Positions 1-10,687 are shown, numbered from the stretch's first letter. The stretch: DNA of 64,000 nt from Minisyncoccia bacterium (GCA_041485695.1 JBGPJZ010000002.1:65499-129498), one strand, 5' to 3'. Numbers and translations are program-made. The notes: generated by a model not told the origin, from the sequence alone.

Positions 1-389
1 ATGAGGATGATGCCGAACGCCACGTACCATGAAAGCGTCTCGCCGAGAAAGAGGTATGCGAGGGCGAAGGTGAACACGGTCTGGAGCTGAAAGAGGGGCG
101 CGACGACCGATGCCTCCTCCTTCTGTATGGCGCGCAGATAAAAGAGCATCGCGAGCATATAGAGCGCGCCAGCGATGGCCATGATGAATGCGCTCAGTGC
201 CGAGACGCCGAGGACCGCGGGGTCGAAATACCAGATGACGGGGAGCGTGAGGAGCCCGAGGAGCGCGGTGAAGATCATGAGGACGGCCGTGTCGCTCCGC
301 GCGAAGTATTTGCTTACCAGATACTTATCGATATGAAAGCCAATGCCCCAAAAGACGGGGCCGGAGAAGGCGAAAAGGAGCCAAAGCAT
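1..389 (-). CDS. DMT/EamA-family transporter, N-terminal part (gene continues past window start)
   Basis: Reverse translation from ATG at 389..387 reads MLWLLFAFSGPVFWGIGFHIDKYLVSKYF... and stays open to position 1 with repeated hydrophobic TM stretches. Truncated by the window edge, so absent from the ORF track. Confidence 0.45.
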   Translation of the reverse strand, partial: MLWLLFAFSGPVFWGIGFHIDKYLVSKYFARSDTAVLMIFTALLGLLTLPVIWYFDPAVLGVSALSAFIMAIAGALYMLAMLFYLRAIQKEEASVVAPLFQLQTVFTFALAYLFLGETLSWYVAFGIIL

Positions 390-448
390 ACGAGGTCGAA
401 GTATAACAAACCCCCGGCCCCTCTCGGGGCCGGGGTCTGCATCTTATC

Positions 449-2403
<1,955 letters not shown>

Positions 2404-2792
2404 AGGGATTTACAAGCTGCTAAGGTGCTCGCAATATAGAGAAACTAACGTTTCCCCGCAACTTGACAAGTGCAGTGATTAAGACGTAAAGTTGATATCA
2501 GGATTCCAACCGCAAAGGCAGAGCAACAATGGAAGCACTTTTCAGCACTCCGCTAGGTGGCGTCGCCTTGGGAGTTTTCTTTATCGGTGCCGCATACACT
2601 TTCGGAATGTTCCTCGAGATTCTTTGTCTAGTGCTTGATTTGACATCTCGTGTGGTGCAAAGCGCTATCGAAATCGGGAAGTACTATCTGGTTGATTGAT
2701 TCGATCGGGCGCGAGGGGGTCAAGGGACCCGCTCGCGCTATTTTTATACCCATTTGCGCCCAATTAGTTGACGTGATAACCTATCCATAAAG

Positions 2793-3032
2793 ATGGAGGC
2801 ACTCGTATCGGCACTGCCGTACGCAGAGATTGTCCTCGCCCTCCTCACCATCATCGGCGTCGTGCTTCAGCAGCGCGGTGCAAGTCTTGGCGGGGCGTTC
2901 GGCGGCGACAACTTCGCGTCAACCTTTTATAAGCGCCGCGGCGCAGAGAAATTTTTATTTAACGCGACTATCGTCGTCGCGACCCTTCTCGTCATCGCCG
3001 CGGGCGCAAACTTTCTTCTTATATCGTCATGA
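2793..3032 (+). CDS. secG: preprotein translocase subunit SecG
   Basis: 79 aa, two hydrophobic segments with a ...LQQRGASLGGAFGG... loop, typical of SecG. Confidence 0.65.
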   Translation: MEALVSALPYAEIVLALLTIIGVVLQQRGASLGGAFGGDNFASTFYKRRGAEKFLFNATIVVATLLVIAAGANFLLISS

Positions 3033-4756
3033 ACGAACGCATCGCGCGCTGGCGAGAAGCGCTCACGCGCCCCCGCGTCGTCGAAACTCTAGAGAGATTG
3101 CGCGCGTATGTCGAGGGTCTTTCGCGCGGCGACCGAGTTATCGCCTATGCGCTCGGCGCCCTCGTCGCCGTCGCCTCGGTTACGAGCCTTTATGCGCTTG
3201 AACAGCATCTCCTCGTGCGCGTCCCGACGTATGGCGGGACCTTGGTTGAAGGCGAGGTCGGGAGCCCTCGCTTCGTAAACCCGCTCCTCGCTATTTCAGA
3301 CGCCGATCGGGACCTTACGACGCTCACCTACGCCGGGCTTATGGGCATCGGGGGAGACGGCTCTCTTATCCCGGTCATAGCAAAAAGCTATAGCGCTTCT
3401 CCCGACGGCAAGGTGTACACGTTTGTGTTGCGCGATAATGCTGTCTTTAGCGACGGATCGCCTGTTACCGCAGACGATATCGTCTTTACCATCCAAAAGG
3501 CGCAAGATCCGGGGTTAAAGAGCCCGCAATTTGCAAACTGGAGCGGCGTTATAGCGGTAGCGACTGATGCCCACACCGTTACGTTCACCCTCGCGAAGCC
3601 CTATGCCCCGTTTCTTGAAAACACCACGCTCGGCATCTTACCTGCCCGCCTCTGGCGAAGCATCCCTGACGAGCAATTCCCCTTTTCAACGCTTACGCTT
3701 GAACCTGTTGGCGCCGGCCCTTTCAAAACATCGGGCGTCTCGCGCGACGCAAGCGGCCTTATCACGAGCTACTCGCTCTTAGCAAATGTTCGGCATCCCT
3801 TGGGCAGACCCTACCTCTCGGGCGTCAAGTTCATCTTCTTCTCTCGCGATGAAGACTTGGTGAAGGCTCTCCAAAACGGCAACGTGCAAAGCGCGTACGG
3901 GCACCCCTCCCTCTACGCACTGACAGCCCCTTACTCGCGAGTCTTCGGCGTCTTCTTTAATCAAAGCAACAATCCCGTATTCGCACGCCTTGAGGTGCGG
4001 GAGGCGCTTTCGCTCGCGGTTGATCGCGCAAAGATTACTGAAAAAATCCTCGGCGGCTACGCGACGCCAATCGTGGGGCCGGTACCGCCGGGGGCGAACA
4101 TTAAGGAGACGCCGGTGCCTGTTTTTACTGACCCGACGAGTAAAGCAGCCGAGATACTCGTAAACGCTGGCTGGCAGTATAACGGCGCAGCACGGGTGTG
4201 GAAGAATGCGAGCGCCAAACTCTCGCTCGATTCGATTACGGTCAAGACATCGAACGTGCCCGAGCTTAAGGCCGTCGCTGGAGCCGTGAAAACCGACTGG
4301 GAAAAGCTTGGCGTCGCGGTCGACATTGAGCTCTATGAGCCTGGTGACCTTAACCAAAACGTCATCCGTCCGCGTAAATATGAGGCGCTCCTTTTTGGGA
4401 TGGTCATCGGGCGGGATAAAGATCTCTACGCCTTCTGGGACTCACAAGAGCGTAACGACCCCGGGCTCAATATCGCTCTTTATGCCAATAAGACCGTCGA
4501 CACCCTTCTTGAAGAGGCACGCCAGGCGAGTGATCCGAGTACGCGCCTTGCTGACCTCCAAAAGATCGAGGACGCTATCGCTCTCGACTACCCGGCCGCG
4601 TTTACGCATGCACCAGACTTCGTCTACACGGTGCCGCAACAACTCGGCGGCGTTGCGCTCCCGCAGATTACGACCCCTTCAGATCGATTTGCGACGGTTG
4701 TCGATTGGTATCTTACGACTGAAGCGGTCTGGCCCTTTTTGAGTACGCAGAGGTAA
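3029..4756 (+). CDS. membrane-anchored extracellular solute-binding protein, family 5 (oligopeptide/nickel-type SBP)
   Basis: 575 aa. N-terminal TM anchor, then SBP_bac_5-like blocks (VYTFVLRDNAVFSDGSPVTADDIVFT...). Start overlaps the secG stop (ATGA). Confidence 0.5.
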   Translation: MNERIARWREALTRPRVVETLERLRAYVEGLSRGDRVIAYALGALVAVASVTSLYALEQHLLVRVPTYGGTLVEGEVGSPRFVNPLLAISDADRDLTTLTYAGLMGIGGDGSLIPVIAKSYSASPDGKVYTFVLRDNAVFSDGSPVTADDIVFTIQKAQDPGLKSPQFANWSGVIAVATDAHTVTFTLAKPYAPFLENTTLGILPARLWRSIPDEQFPFSTLTLEPVGAGPFKTSGVSRDASGLITSYSLLANVRHPLGRPYLSGVKFIFFSRDEDLVKALQNGNVQSAYGHPSLYALTAPYSRVFGVFFNQSNNPVFARLEVREALSLAVDRAKITEKILGGYATPIVGPVPPGANIKETPVPVFTDPTSKAAEILVNAGWQYNGAARVWKNASAKLSLDSITVKTSNVPELKAVAGAVKTDWEKLGVAVDIELYEPGDLNQNVIRPRKYEALLFGMVIGRDKDLYAFWDSQERNDPGLNIALYANKTVDTLLEEARQASDPSTRLADLQKIEDAIALDYPAAFTHAPDFVYTVPQQLGGVALPQITTPSDRFATVVDWYLTTEAVWPFLSTQR

Positions 4757-4775
4757 TTATTTAATTTTCACCACT

Positions 4776-6722
4776 ATGAACACACCATCACCACGACCAG
4801 CACCGCCTCCGGGCCAGGGTCCGCGACCGTTTACGCCTCATCCAGGAAGCGAGCGAGGACCACGGCCCTATGGCCCGGGAAGAGAGGGCGACCGCCGCCA
4901 GGGCGGTCGACCCTATGGCGGTCGAGGCGGCGGGGGCCGCGGCGGAGGGCGACCGGGCGGCGTACGTCGCCGCATCGAGCGTATGCTCCGTCGGCCTACC
5001 GCAGCCCCTAGAAAGCCTCAGAGCGCCGATTACTACCCAGAGCCAGCAACCGGTAACACGGTACGCATCGTCCCTTTAGGCGGCATTGAGGAGGTGGGCC
5101 GCAATATGACCGCCGTTGAGGCCAACGGCGATATCCTCGTCTTTGACGCGGGCTTCCAATTCGTTTCTGAAGACGGATCCCCGGGTGTCGACTACATCCT
5201 CCCCAACACCAAATATCTTGAAAAAAACCAAGACCGCGTGCGCGGCGTCATCATCACGCACGGCCACCTCGACCACATCGGCGGCATCCCGTTCGTGCTC
5301 CCACGCTTCGGCAATCCTCCAATATACACGCTGGCTCTGACCGCAGTGATGATCGCGAAGCGTCAGGAGGAGTATCCCGATATCCCAAAGCCTGAAATCA
5401 TCACGGTCGAAGTCGGCCAATCGATGACGATTGGCCATACCAAGGTCAAATTCTTTCCCGTTACGCACTCTATCCCCGACTCAATGGGCGTCTCCCTAGA
5501 GACTCCGCAAGGAAACGTCGTCATCACCGGCGACTTGAAGCTTGACCACGATGACGGTATCCCCTCAGAGAAAGAGAAGAGGGTGTGGGGCGAGATTGGT
5601 AAAGACAAGAATCTCTTTTTCATTGCGGACTCCACAAACGCAGAGAAAGACGGCTTCTCTATCCCTGAAAAGCGCGTGATTCAGACACTCGAGGACATTG
5701 TGCGCACCGTGAATGGTCGGCTCATTATCGGCACCTTCGCCTCACAATTTGAAAGGATGGTGAAGATCATCGAAATTGCAGAAAAACTCGGCAAGAAAAT
5801 CGTGACCGAAGGACGCTCTATCCGCACCAATCTCGAGATTGCCGAGAAAATGAACCTTTTGAAAATCGACAAAGGCACCATCATCCCCTCACAGGCGATT
5901 GGCGACTACCCTCCTGATAAAATCGTAATCCTCTCAACGGGTGCGCAGGGTGAAGAGTTTGCGGCCTTGATGCGCATCGCGACCAAGCAGCATAAGACCA
6001 TCTTCCTCAATGAACGCGACACCATCGTCCTCTCTTCATCCGTCATCCCGGGGAACGAGCTCAACGTGCAGAAGCTGAAAGACAATCTCTACCGCCAGGG
6101 AGTGACGCTTATCCACTACCGGTCAAGCGACGTGCACTCGACCGGCCACGGCAATACAGGCGAACTCGTATGGATCAACAAACAGGTTCATGCCAAGTAC
6201 TTCATGCCTGCCTATGGCTACCGCTCAATGACCTTCTGCCATGCAAAAGCCGTCGAGCAGAGCGGCTTCCCAAAGGAGAACATCATCTTGGCTGATAATG
6301 GCACCGTCATCGACATCGAAGACGGCGAGAAGCTGAACGTGCACAAGCAAAAAGTCCCTTCGACCCAGATGGTGGTCGATGGATTTTCGATTGGCGATAT
6401 GCAAGAGGTCGTGATACGCGACCGGCAGATGCTCGCCAAAGACGGTATGTTCGTGATTATCGCCTCGATCAATATCAAGACCGGAAAGCTCCGTAAGTCG
6501 CCTGACATCATCTCGCGCGGCTTCATTTACCTCCGCGAATCCCAAGACTTGCTTAACCAAGCACGGCTCCTCATCAAGAAAACCGTCGAGGACTCAACCC
6601 GCAACATGAACCCCATTGACCTTGACTACGTTAAAAACAACCTTGCTGACGTGATGACGGGCTTCCTCTTCACCCGTACGAACAAAGCCCCGATGGTCAT
6701 CCCTGTGCTTATCGGGATGTAA
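4776..6722 (+). CDS. rnj: ribonuclease J (MBL / beta-CASP / RNA-binding) with ~100-aa RGG-rich N-terminal extension
   Basis: IVPLGGIEEVGRNMTAVE...ITHGHLDHIGG... plus beta-CASP and C-terminal domains. The first ~100 aa are Pro/Gly/Arg low complexity (GGRPYGGRGGGGRGGGRPGG). Confidence 0.85.
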   Translation: MNTPSPRPAPPPGQGPRPFTPHPGSERGPRPYGPGREGDRRQGGRPYGGRGGGGRGGGRPGGVRRRIERMLRRPTAAPRKPQSADYYPEPATGNTVRIVPLGGIEEVGRNMTAVEANGDILVFDAGFQFVSEDGSPGVDYILPNTKYLEKNQDRVRGVIITHGHLDHIGGIPFVLPRFGNPPIYTLALTAVMIAKRQEEYPDIPKPEIITVEVGQSMTIGHTKVKFFPVTHSIPDSMGVSLETPQGNVVITGDLKLDHDDGIPSEKEKRVWGEIGKDKNLFFIADSTNAEKDGFSIPEKRVIQTLEDIVRTVNGRLIIGTFASQFERMVKIIEIAEKLGKKIVTEGRSIRTNLEIAEKMNLLKIDKGTIIPSQAIGDYPPDKIVILSTGAQGEEFAALMRIATKQHKTIFLNERDTIVLSSSVIPGNELNVQKLKDNLYRQGVTLIHYRSSDVHSTGHGNTGELVWINKQVHAKYFMPAYGYRSMTFCHAKAVEQSGFPKENIILADNGTVIDIEDGEKLNVHKQKVPSTQMVVDGFSIGDMQEVVIRDRQMLAKDGMFVIIASINIKTGKLRKSPDIISRGFIYLRESQDLLNQARLLIKKTVEDSTRNMNPIDLDYVKNNLADVMTGFLFTRTNKAPMVIPVLIGM

Positions 6723-6723
6723 G

Positions 6724-7644
6724 TTATCTTAAGGGTGTGCCGGAGGGTATCACGGGCATATCTTTGTACGAAGCAAATAAGTCCTCGAGGGAACGGACAG
6801 GTACTTCTGTATTCAGCGCCCGAGCCTTGGGCAGATTCCAGTACGGGACGCTGGTCCAGCGATGGTGTTCGAAGTGATACCAGGTATTGTGCGGAACAAA
6901 AACGAGTCGGTACAGGAACCGAGCATAAATGCGATGGACATCCGCCGTACCCATGTGTTCTGTCCAGATTCGTAGGCGAAAGACTGCCCAGAATGCCGAC
7001 CCCATAGCGGCAAACCAGATCAGTAAGATCCACCACATACTGAAGTGCCAGATGATAAAGAGCGCCACTACCCACCAGACAACCGGTACCAACTTATCTT
7101 TAATGGAGTCCCGCACTGCGATATAACTCAATACAAAAAACTCTTCTTCTACACCTCCAAAAAGAAACATATCCCCGAAGAAAAACCGTATGATGCGCGC
7201 TACTCTCGCAGGCAAGTCATAGTGCGGAGCGAGGTGTTTCTTGTGGTACAACTCTGGATCCTTTTCAGTTCCTAGATTTTCATGATGCGTAAAATGAAAC
7301 CGCCGATAACCGCTGATGCCGATGCCCATCGGCCAGAACACGAGCAATTCAGCAAGGAAATCATTGAGCCACAATTTACTGCTAATGTGCCCATGGGCCC
7401 CTTCATGCCCCAGAATGACAATGGAGTGTTGACGTGTGCCTGTTACGAATGTCGCGAGAATGGCAGTAATGATGAGAAAAATATCCCAGAGAGGAGCGTA
7501 ACCGCGGCTTTCCGTCAATTGAAAAACTTCATACACGGCTGCCATCGAAAGTCCGATGATTCCCCAGTCTATGAGAGCGGCAAGGAGCCACCGTGCGATG
7601 CTGGGGCGACTTATTGAGGCGGCTTCTGGCGCGGGAGGAGGCAT
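6724..7644 (-). CDS. membrane fatty-acid desaturase family protein (three His boxes)
   Basis: 306 aa with HEGAHG, HFTHH and HFEHH boxes and multiple TM segments. Codons are visibly AT-richer than neighbouring genes. Confidence 0.7.
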   Translation of the reverse strand: MPPPAPEAASISRPSIARWLLAALIDWGIIGLSMAAVYEVFQLTESRGYAPLWDIFLIITAILATFVTGTRQHSIVILGHEGAHGHISSKLWLNDFLAELLVFWPMGIGISGYRRFHFTHHENLGTEKDPELYHKKHLAPHYDLPARVARIIRFFFGDMFLFGGVEEEFFVLSYIAVRDSIKDKLVPVVWWVVALFIIWHFSMWWILLIWFAAMGSAFWAVFRLRIWTEHMGTADVHRIYARFLYRLVFVPHNTWYHFEHHRWTSVPYWNLPKARALNTEVPVRSLEDLFASYKDMPVIPSGTPLR

Positions 7645-7679
7645 GTTCTTGAAGCTTGGGTGATTTTATCATAGCAGCG

Positions 7680-8492
7680 TCAAGGGTGTACATCCATTGT
7701 CTCTTTGCGTTGTGCGACGATATTGCAGAACATGAAGATGTTATCTACGAAATGGGCTGGTTTGATTTTTATCCAGCCGCGAGGTAAGAGGCGGTAGAGT
7801 TCGTACTCGGGGAGTAGCTCTGACAAGCTGTGGAGCGTGTAGTTGCGGCGCAATTGGAGAATATTAAATTCAAATTGTATGAATCTCGGCTTGAATCGCT
7901 CGATTGTTTTGCGCGCACCTAACAGTACCTCGCGCTCATACCCTTCAGTATCTATCTTTATGAAATCAAGCTGTTTGAGTGAGAGCTCCTCGACGACATG
8001 ATCGACGGTAGTGACAGGGACCTCTTCTCCCCTAACTCCTATCGGCATCAAATTTTTATCGAGTGTGGCGGTAGCGGCTCGCTCTCCTCTTGAGAAGAGA
8101 GTCGCGGCGCCGTTAAAATCTGCTACCGCAGTTCGGAGCGCGACGACCCTCCCGGCATTCTCGGCCTCGACTTTCTGTAATTCTACAAACGAAGAGGTGG
8201 AGGGCTCAAAAGCATAAACGATGCAGTTTAAATGGCTGTGGAGCGCTTTCGTGTAATTGCCGACGTTCGCACCAATGTCTAAGCAGGTACGTATGCCTGC
8301 AGGTTTCAAGACAGACTTTATAAACCATTCTTCACCGGTAAACCTGGGCTGCTTGTACGCGTTATCGTACCCGAGCCCGTGGAGCGAAAGATTGATGAGC
8401 GCGTGATGAAACCCCTGCATAGACGGCCGGCCGCATACTCTCGCATAATAGTTCGCCGCTATCCACGCGTAGTGCTTCAGCCGCTTTTTCAT
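7680..8492 (-). CDS. FkbM-family SAM-dependent methyltransferase
   Basis: 270 aa. DIGANVGNYT ... AFEP ... IKIDTEGYE motifs of Methyltransf_21/FkbM. Start overlaps the mutY-like stop (ATGA). Confidence 0.75.
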   Translation of the reverse strand: MKKRLKHYAWIAANYYARVCGRPSMQGFHHALINLSLHGLGYDNAYKQPRFTGEEWFIKSVLKPAGIRTCLDIGANVGNYTKALHSHLNCIVYAFEPSTSSFVELQKVEAENAGRVVALRTAVADFNGAATLFSRGERAATATLDKNLMPIGVRGEEVPVTTVDHVVEELSLKQLDFIKIDTEGYEREVLLGARKTIERFKPRFIQFEFNILQLRRNYTLHSLSELLPEYELYRLLPRGWIKIKPAHFVDNIFMFCNIVAQRKETMDVHP

Positions 8493-9313
8493 GAGAGCAC
8501 ACTACCACGCGGTAACTGGAAACGGTTACCGCGTTTTTGTATGAGATGCTCGGAGAGAAGTGCGGAAAGGGCCGCGCGGAGCTGCGCGCGGCGAGAGAGG
8601 CCGAGGAGATTCGCAAGAGATGCGGACGTGCGCCCGCCCCCGACAAGCGCACGGAGGATCGCCCCACGCGCTTCGCGATTAGAACCAGCAAACTTCGATT
8701 GTTTGACGTAATGTTTGCTTTTTGTGTTTAGTTTTATGCCCGACTGCTTTAAGTACGCGCCGTAGTCCATCAAGGCCGAGTACCACTTCCTCGCCTCCCT
8801 TTTTGGGAGTACCTGCTCAAGGATTTTTGTAATCTGCACGTCGGAAATGTCCTTCGTATCGCCAAAAAAGTGGTGCAGAACTGCCGTCCGGATATTCGTT
8901 TCGATAAAAATGCAATCTTTGTTGAAGGCGAAAGCCACGACAGCGCGCGCTGTATAGGGACCCACGCCATCGAGCGCTTCCCATTGTTCGACGGTTCTCG
9001 GGAACGAGCCTCGATAATGCCCGACAATCTCTTGCACAGCGTGATGCAGGTTACGGGCTCTGCGATTGTAGCCGAGGCCTTGCCACACTTTGAGCACGCT
9101 TGAAAGAGGTGCTACTGCCAAACGTTCGACCGTGGAAAATTTCTCTAGAAATCGCCAATAAAACGGGATGACGCGTTCCACCTGTGTTTGCTGGAGCATT
9201 ACTTCAGATACTAAAATTCTGTATGGATCTTTAGTTTTACGCCACGGCAGATCATGCCGCCCGTGTTTTTTATAATGCACCCACACTATCTTTCTAAAAT
9301 CTGTATACAACAC
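8489..9313 (-). CDS. HhH-GPD DNA glycosylase, MutY catalytic domain fused to a C-terminal winged-helix; no [4Fe-4S] motif, no NUDIX domain
   Basis: 274 aa. LPWRKTKDPYRILVSEVMLQQTQVERV and ALMDYGA match the MutY N-domain, but there is only one Cys. The C-terminal ~70 aa are wHTH-like. GTG start with a GAGGTAGGA SD. Confidence 0.65.
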   Translation of the reverse strand: MLYTDFRKIVWVHYKKHGRHDLPWRKTKDPYRILVSEVMLQQTQVERVIPFYWRFLEKFSTVERLAVAPLSSVLKVWQGLGYNRRARNLHHAVQEIVGHYRGSFPRTVEQWEALDGVGPYTARAVVAFAFNKDCIFIETNIRTAVLHHFFGDTKDISDVQITKILEQVLPKREARKWYSALMDYGAYLKQSGIKLNTKSKHYVKQSKFAGSNREARGAILRALVGGGRTSASLANLLGLSRRAQLRAALSALLSEHLIQKRGNRFQLPRGSVLS

Positions 9314-9336
9314 GTCCGTATCCTACCTCTGCTGGT

Positions 9337-9370
9337 ATAAAAAGAAAAAGAGCACCACAAGTGGTGCTCG
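9337..9370 (-). terminator. intrinsic terminator (GAGCACCAC-AA-GTGGTGCUC + U-run) on minus strand
   Basis: Perfect 9-bp GC-rich stem followed by UUUUUCUUUUU on the minus strand, ~25 nt upstream of the mutY-like start. Confidence 0.6.
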
Positions 9371-9628
9371 AAGGAGGGAAAGTTGCTGGACTGCATAGAG
9401 CCACGCGATCTTCGACTGAACCGCCCCCAGGGGTGGTCGTCACCTCATGCCGGTATTCGCTTGCGTATTCTAGACTACGCGCACTTGTTCTTTGGCATCC
9501 TGGAGCACCGCTTTGCGCAAAGCGATACTCCATCGAGAGTCGTACATTCTCTCGGGACACTTCTAACCCTTTCCGGTTTCAGCATTGGCCATTGATACCC
9601 GCGCCCAGGGCAACTCCAGCAACTGACC
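9371..9628 (-). ncRNA. candidate structured small RNA (~290 nt) between nth and mutY-like; family unassigned
   Basis: Bounded by a minus-strand TTGACA-17-TAGTAT promoter (9663..9635) and the terminator at 9337..9370. The 5' CAGUUGCUGGA pairs with the 3' UCCAGCAACU, and there is an internal 16-nt perfect palindrome CGCUUUGCGCAAAGCG. No convincing ORF. Confidence 0.3.
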
Positions 9629-9634
9629 CGCCCC

Positions 9635-9663
9635 TATACTATGCCTCTCGACACGAATGTCAA
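9635..9663 (-). promoter_or_regulatory. sigma70-like promoter, -35 TTGACA / 17 bp / -10 TAGTAT (minus strand)
   Basis: On the minus strand TTGACA is at 9663..9658 and TAGTAT at 9640..9635. The -35 overlaps the nth stop codon. Confidence 0.45.
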
Positions 9664-10358
9664 CTCGCCCTTGGCCAGCGTTTGTTGGCGGGCGGCCAGA
9701 GCTTAGTAAGAGGATGTGCGGAGCAGTCATGTGGGCGCGCTGGGCAGAGATAGCGGCCATAGAGGACGAGGCCATTATTCACATACTTCCAATCTTTCTT
9801 TGGTATCAGTGACTCAAGGTCTTTTGAGATCCTTTTGAGATCGCTTTGATCAGTCAAATCAAAGCGCTTCGCGAATCTTTTTACGTGGGTATCCGTAGGT
9901 ATCCCCTCCCACGTGTCATAAAGCTCACCTAAGACGACGTGTGCTGTTTTGTAGCCCACGCCAGGGAGCGCGACCAGCTCTGCTTCGGTACGTGGCACTT
10001 CCCCACCGTACTTTTCTTCAATAATCTTCGCGGCCCCTATCACCGCCTTGGCTTTATTACGGAAAAATGGGATTGAAGAGATTTCTTTCGTGAACACGGT
10101 AAGATTTGCCCGAGTAAAGTCTTTCGGTGTCTTGTATCGCTTAAAAAGCGAGTTCGTAAGTTTATTCACTGCTTTGTCAGTGCACTGCGCTGAAAAAACA
10201 ACTGCTGCAACAAACTGGAACGGCGTTTCATGCCTGAGCTCGCTCTTCGGGACGGGGTACGCACGTTTTAAATAGGAGAGAATCTTCTTAGCTCTTGCCC
10301 GGCGCTCTTTAGCTTTTGAGGGAGTCACTAGCACAGCATAAAGGAATGGCGGGCTCAT
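9660..10358 (-). CDS. nth: endonuclease III-like HhH-GPD glycosylase (degenerate Fe-S loop)
   Basis: 232 aa. ...FSAQCTDKAVNK...LVALPGVGYKTAHVVL...IPTDTHVKR.. is a typical Nth core. The C-terminal Cys cluster is reduced to C-x6-C only. Confidence 0.7.
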   Translation of the reverse strand: MSPPFLYAVLVTPSKAKERRARAKKILSYLKRAYPVPKSELRHETPFQFVAAVVFSAQCTDKAVNKLTNSLFKRYKTPKDFTRANLTVFTKEISSIPFFRNKAKAVIGAAKIIEEKYGGEVPRTEAELVALPGVGYKTAHVVLGELYDTWEGIPTDTHVKRFAKRFDLTDQSDLKRISKDLESLIPKKDWKYVNNGLVLYGRYLCPARPHDCSAHPLTKLWPPANKRWPRAS

Positions 10359-10657
10359 TCAAGAGCCCGCCTCTTCTTTCGCTTGACTCGCTTCGTAAGC
10401 GTCTCGCTAATCTCCTGCCGTACATAGACGCGAGCCCCTATCTGAATCTGAACATTGATGGCGTCGGCGACATTACTTACTAGTTCACGAATTTCCTTTC
10501 GCGCCCGACACCCATTCAACTGTCCGTTTTTTGCGCAACGGCGCCACGCGCCCAGTAGCTTTTTCTTATCTCTGCGAGTATACACATCCGCTGCCGCAAA
10601 AAGAGCACCGAGCGGGCGCGTGAGCCGCGTCCACGGTATATCAAACCGCTTGTCCAT
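10355..10657 (-). CDS. small basic hypothetical protein (~100 aa)
   Basis: ATG (MDKRFDIPW...) preceded by GGGGGAG. Stop overlaps the nth start (ATGA), suggesting translational coupling. Confidence 0.4.
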   Translation of the reverse strand: MDKRFDIPWTRLTRPLGALFAAADVYTRRDKKKLLGAWRRCAKNGQLNGCRARKEIRELVSNVADAINVQIQIGARVYVRQEISETLTKRVKRKKRRALE

Positions 10658-10687
10658 TTTCTCCCCCAAAAGAACCCTTCTATCGGA

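Noticed and set aside
2404-2530. Possible CIRCE (TTAGCACTC-N9-GAGTGCTAA) heat-shock operator upstream of groES
   Set aside because: Only half-site-like fragments (tcagcactc, ctaaggtgctc) are present. No inverted-repeat partner at 9-nt spacing on either strand.
9314-9663. Assignment of the nth-mutY intergenic RNA to RNase P RNA or tmRNA
   Set aside because: The conserved RNase P blocks (GGAAAGUCCGGGCUCC, ACAGAA.CCGGCUUA) and the tmRNA T-arm/tag reading frame are not found; the RNA is also shorter than either. Left as an unclassified candidate.
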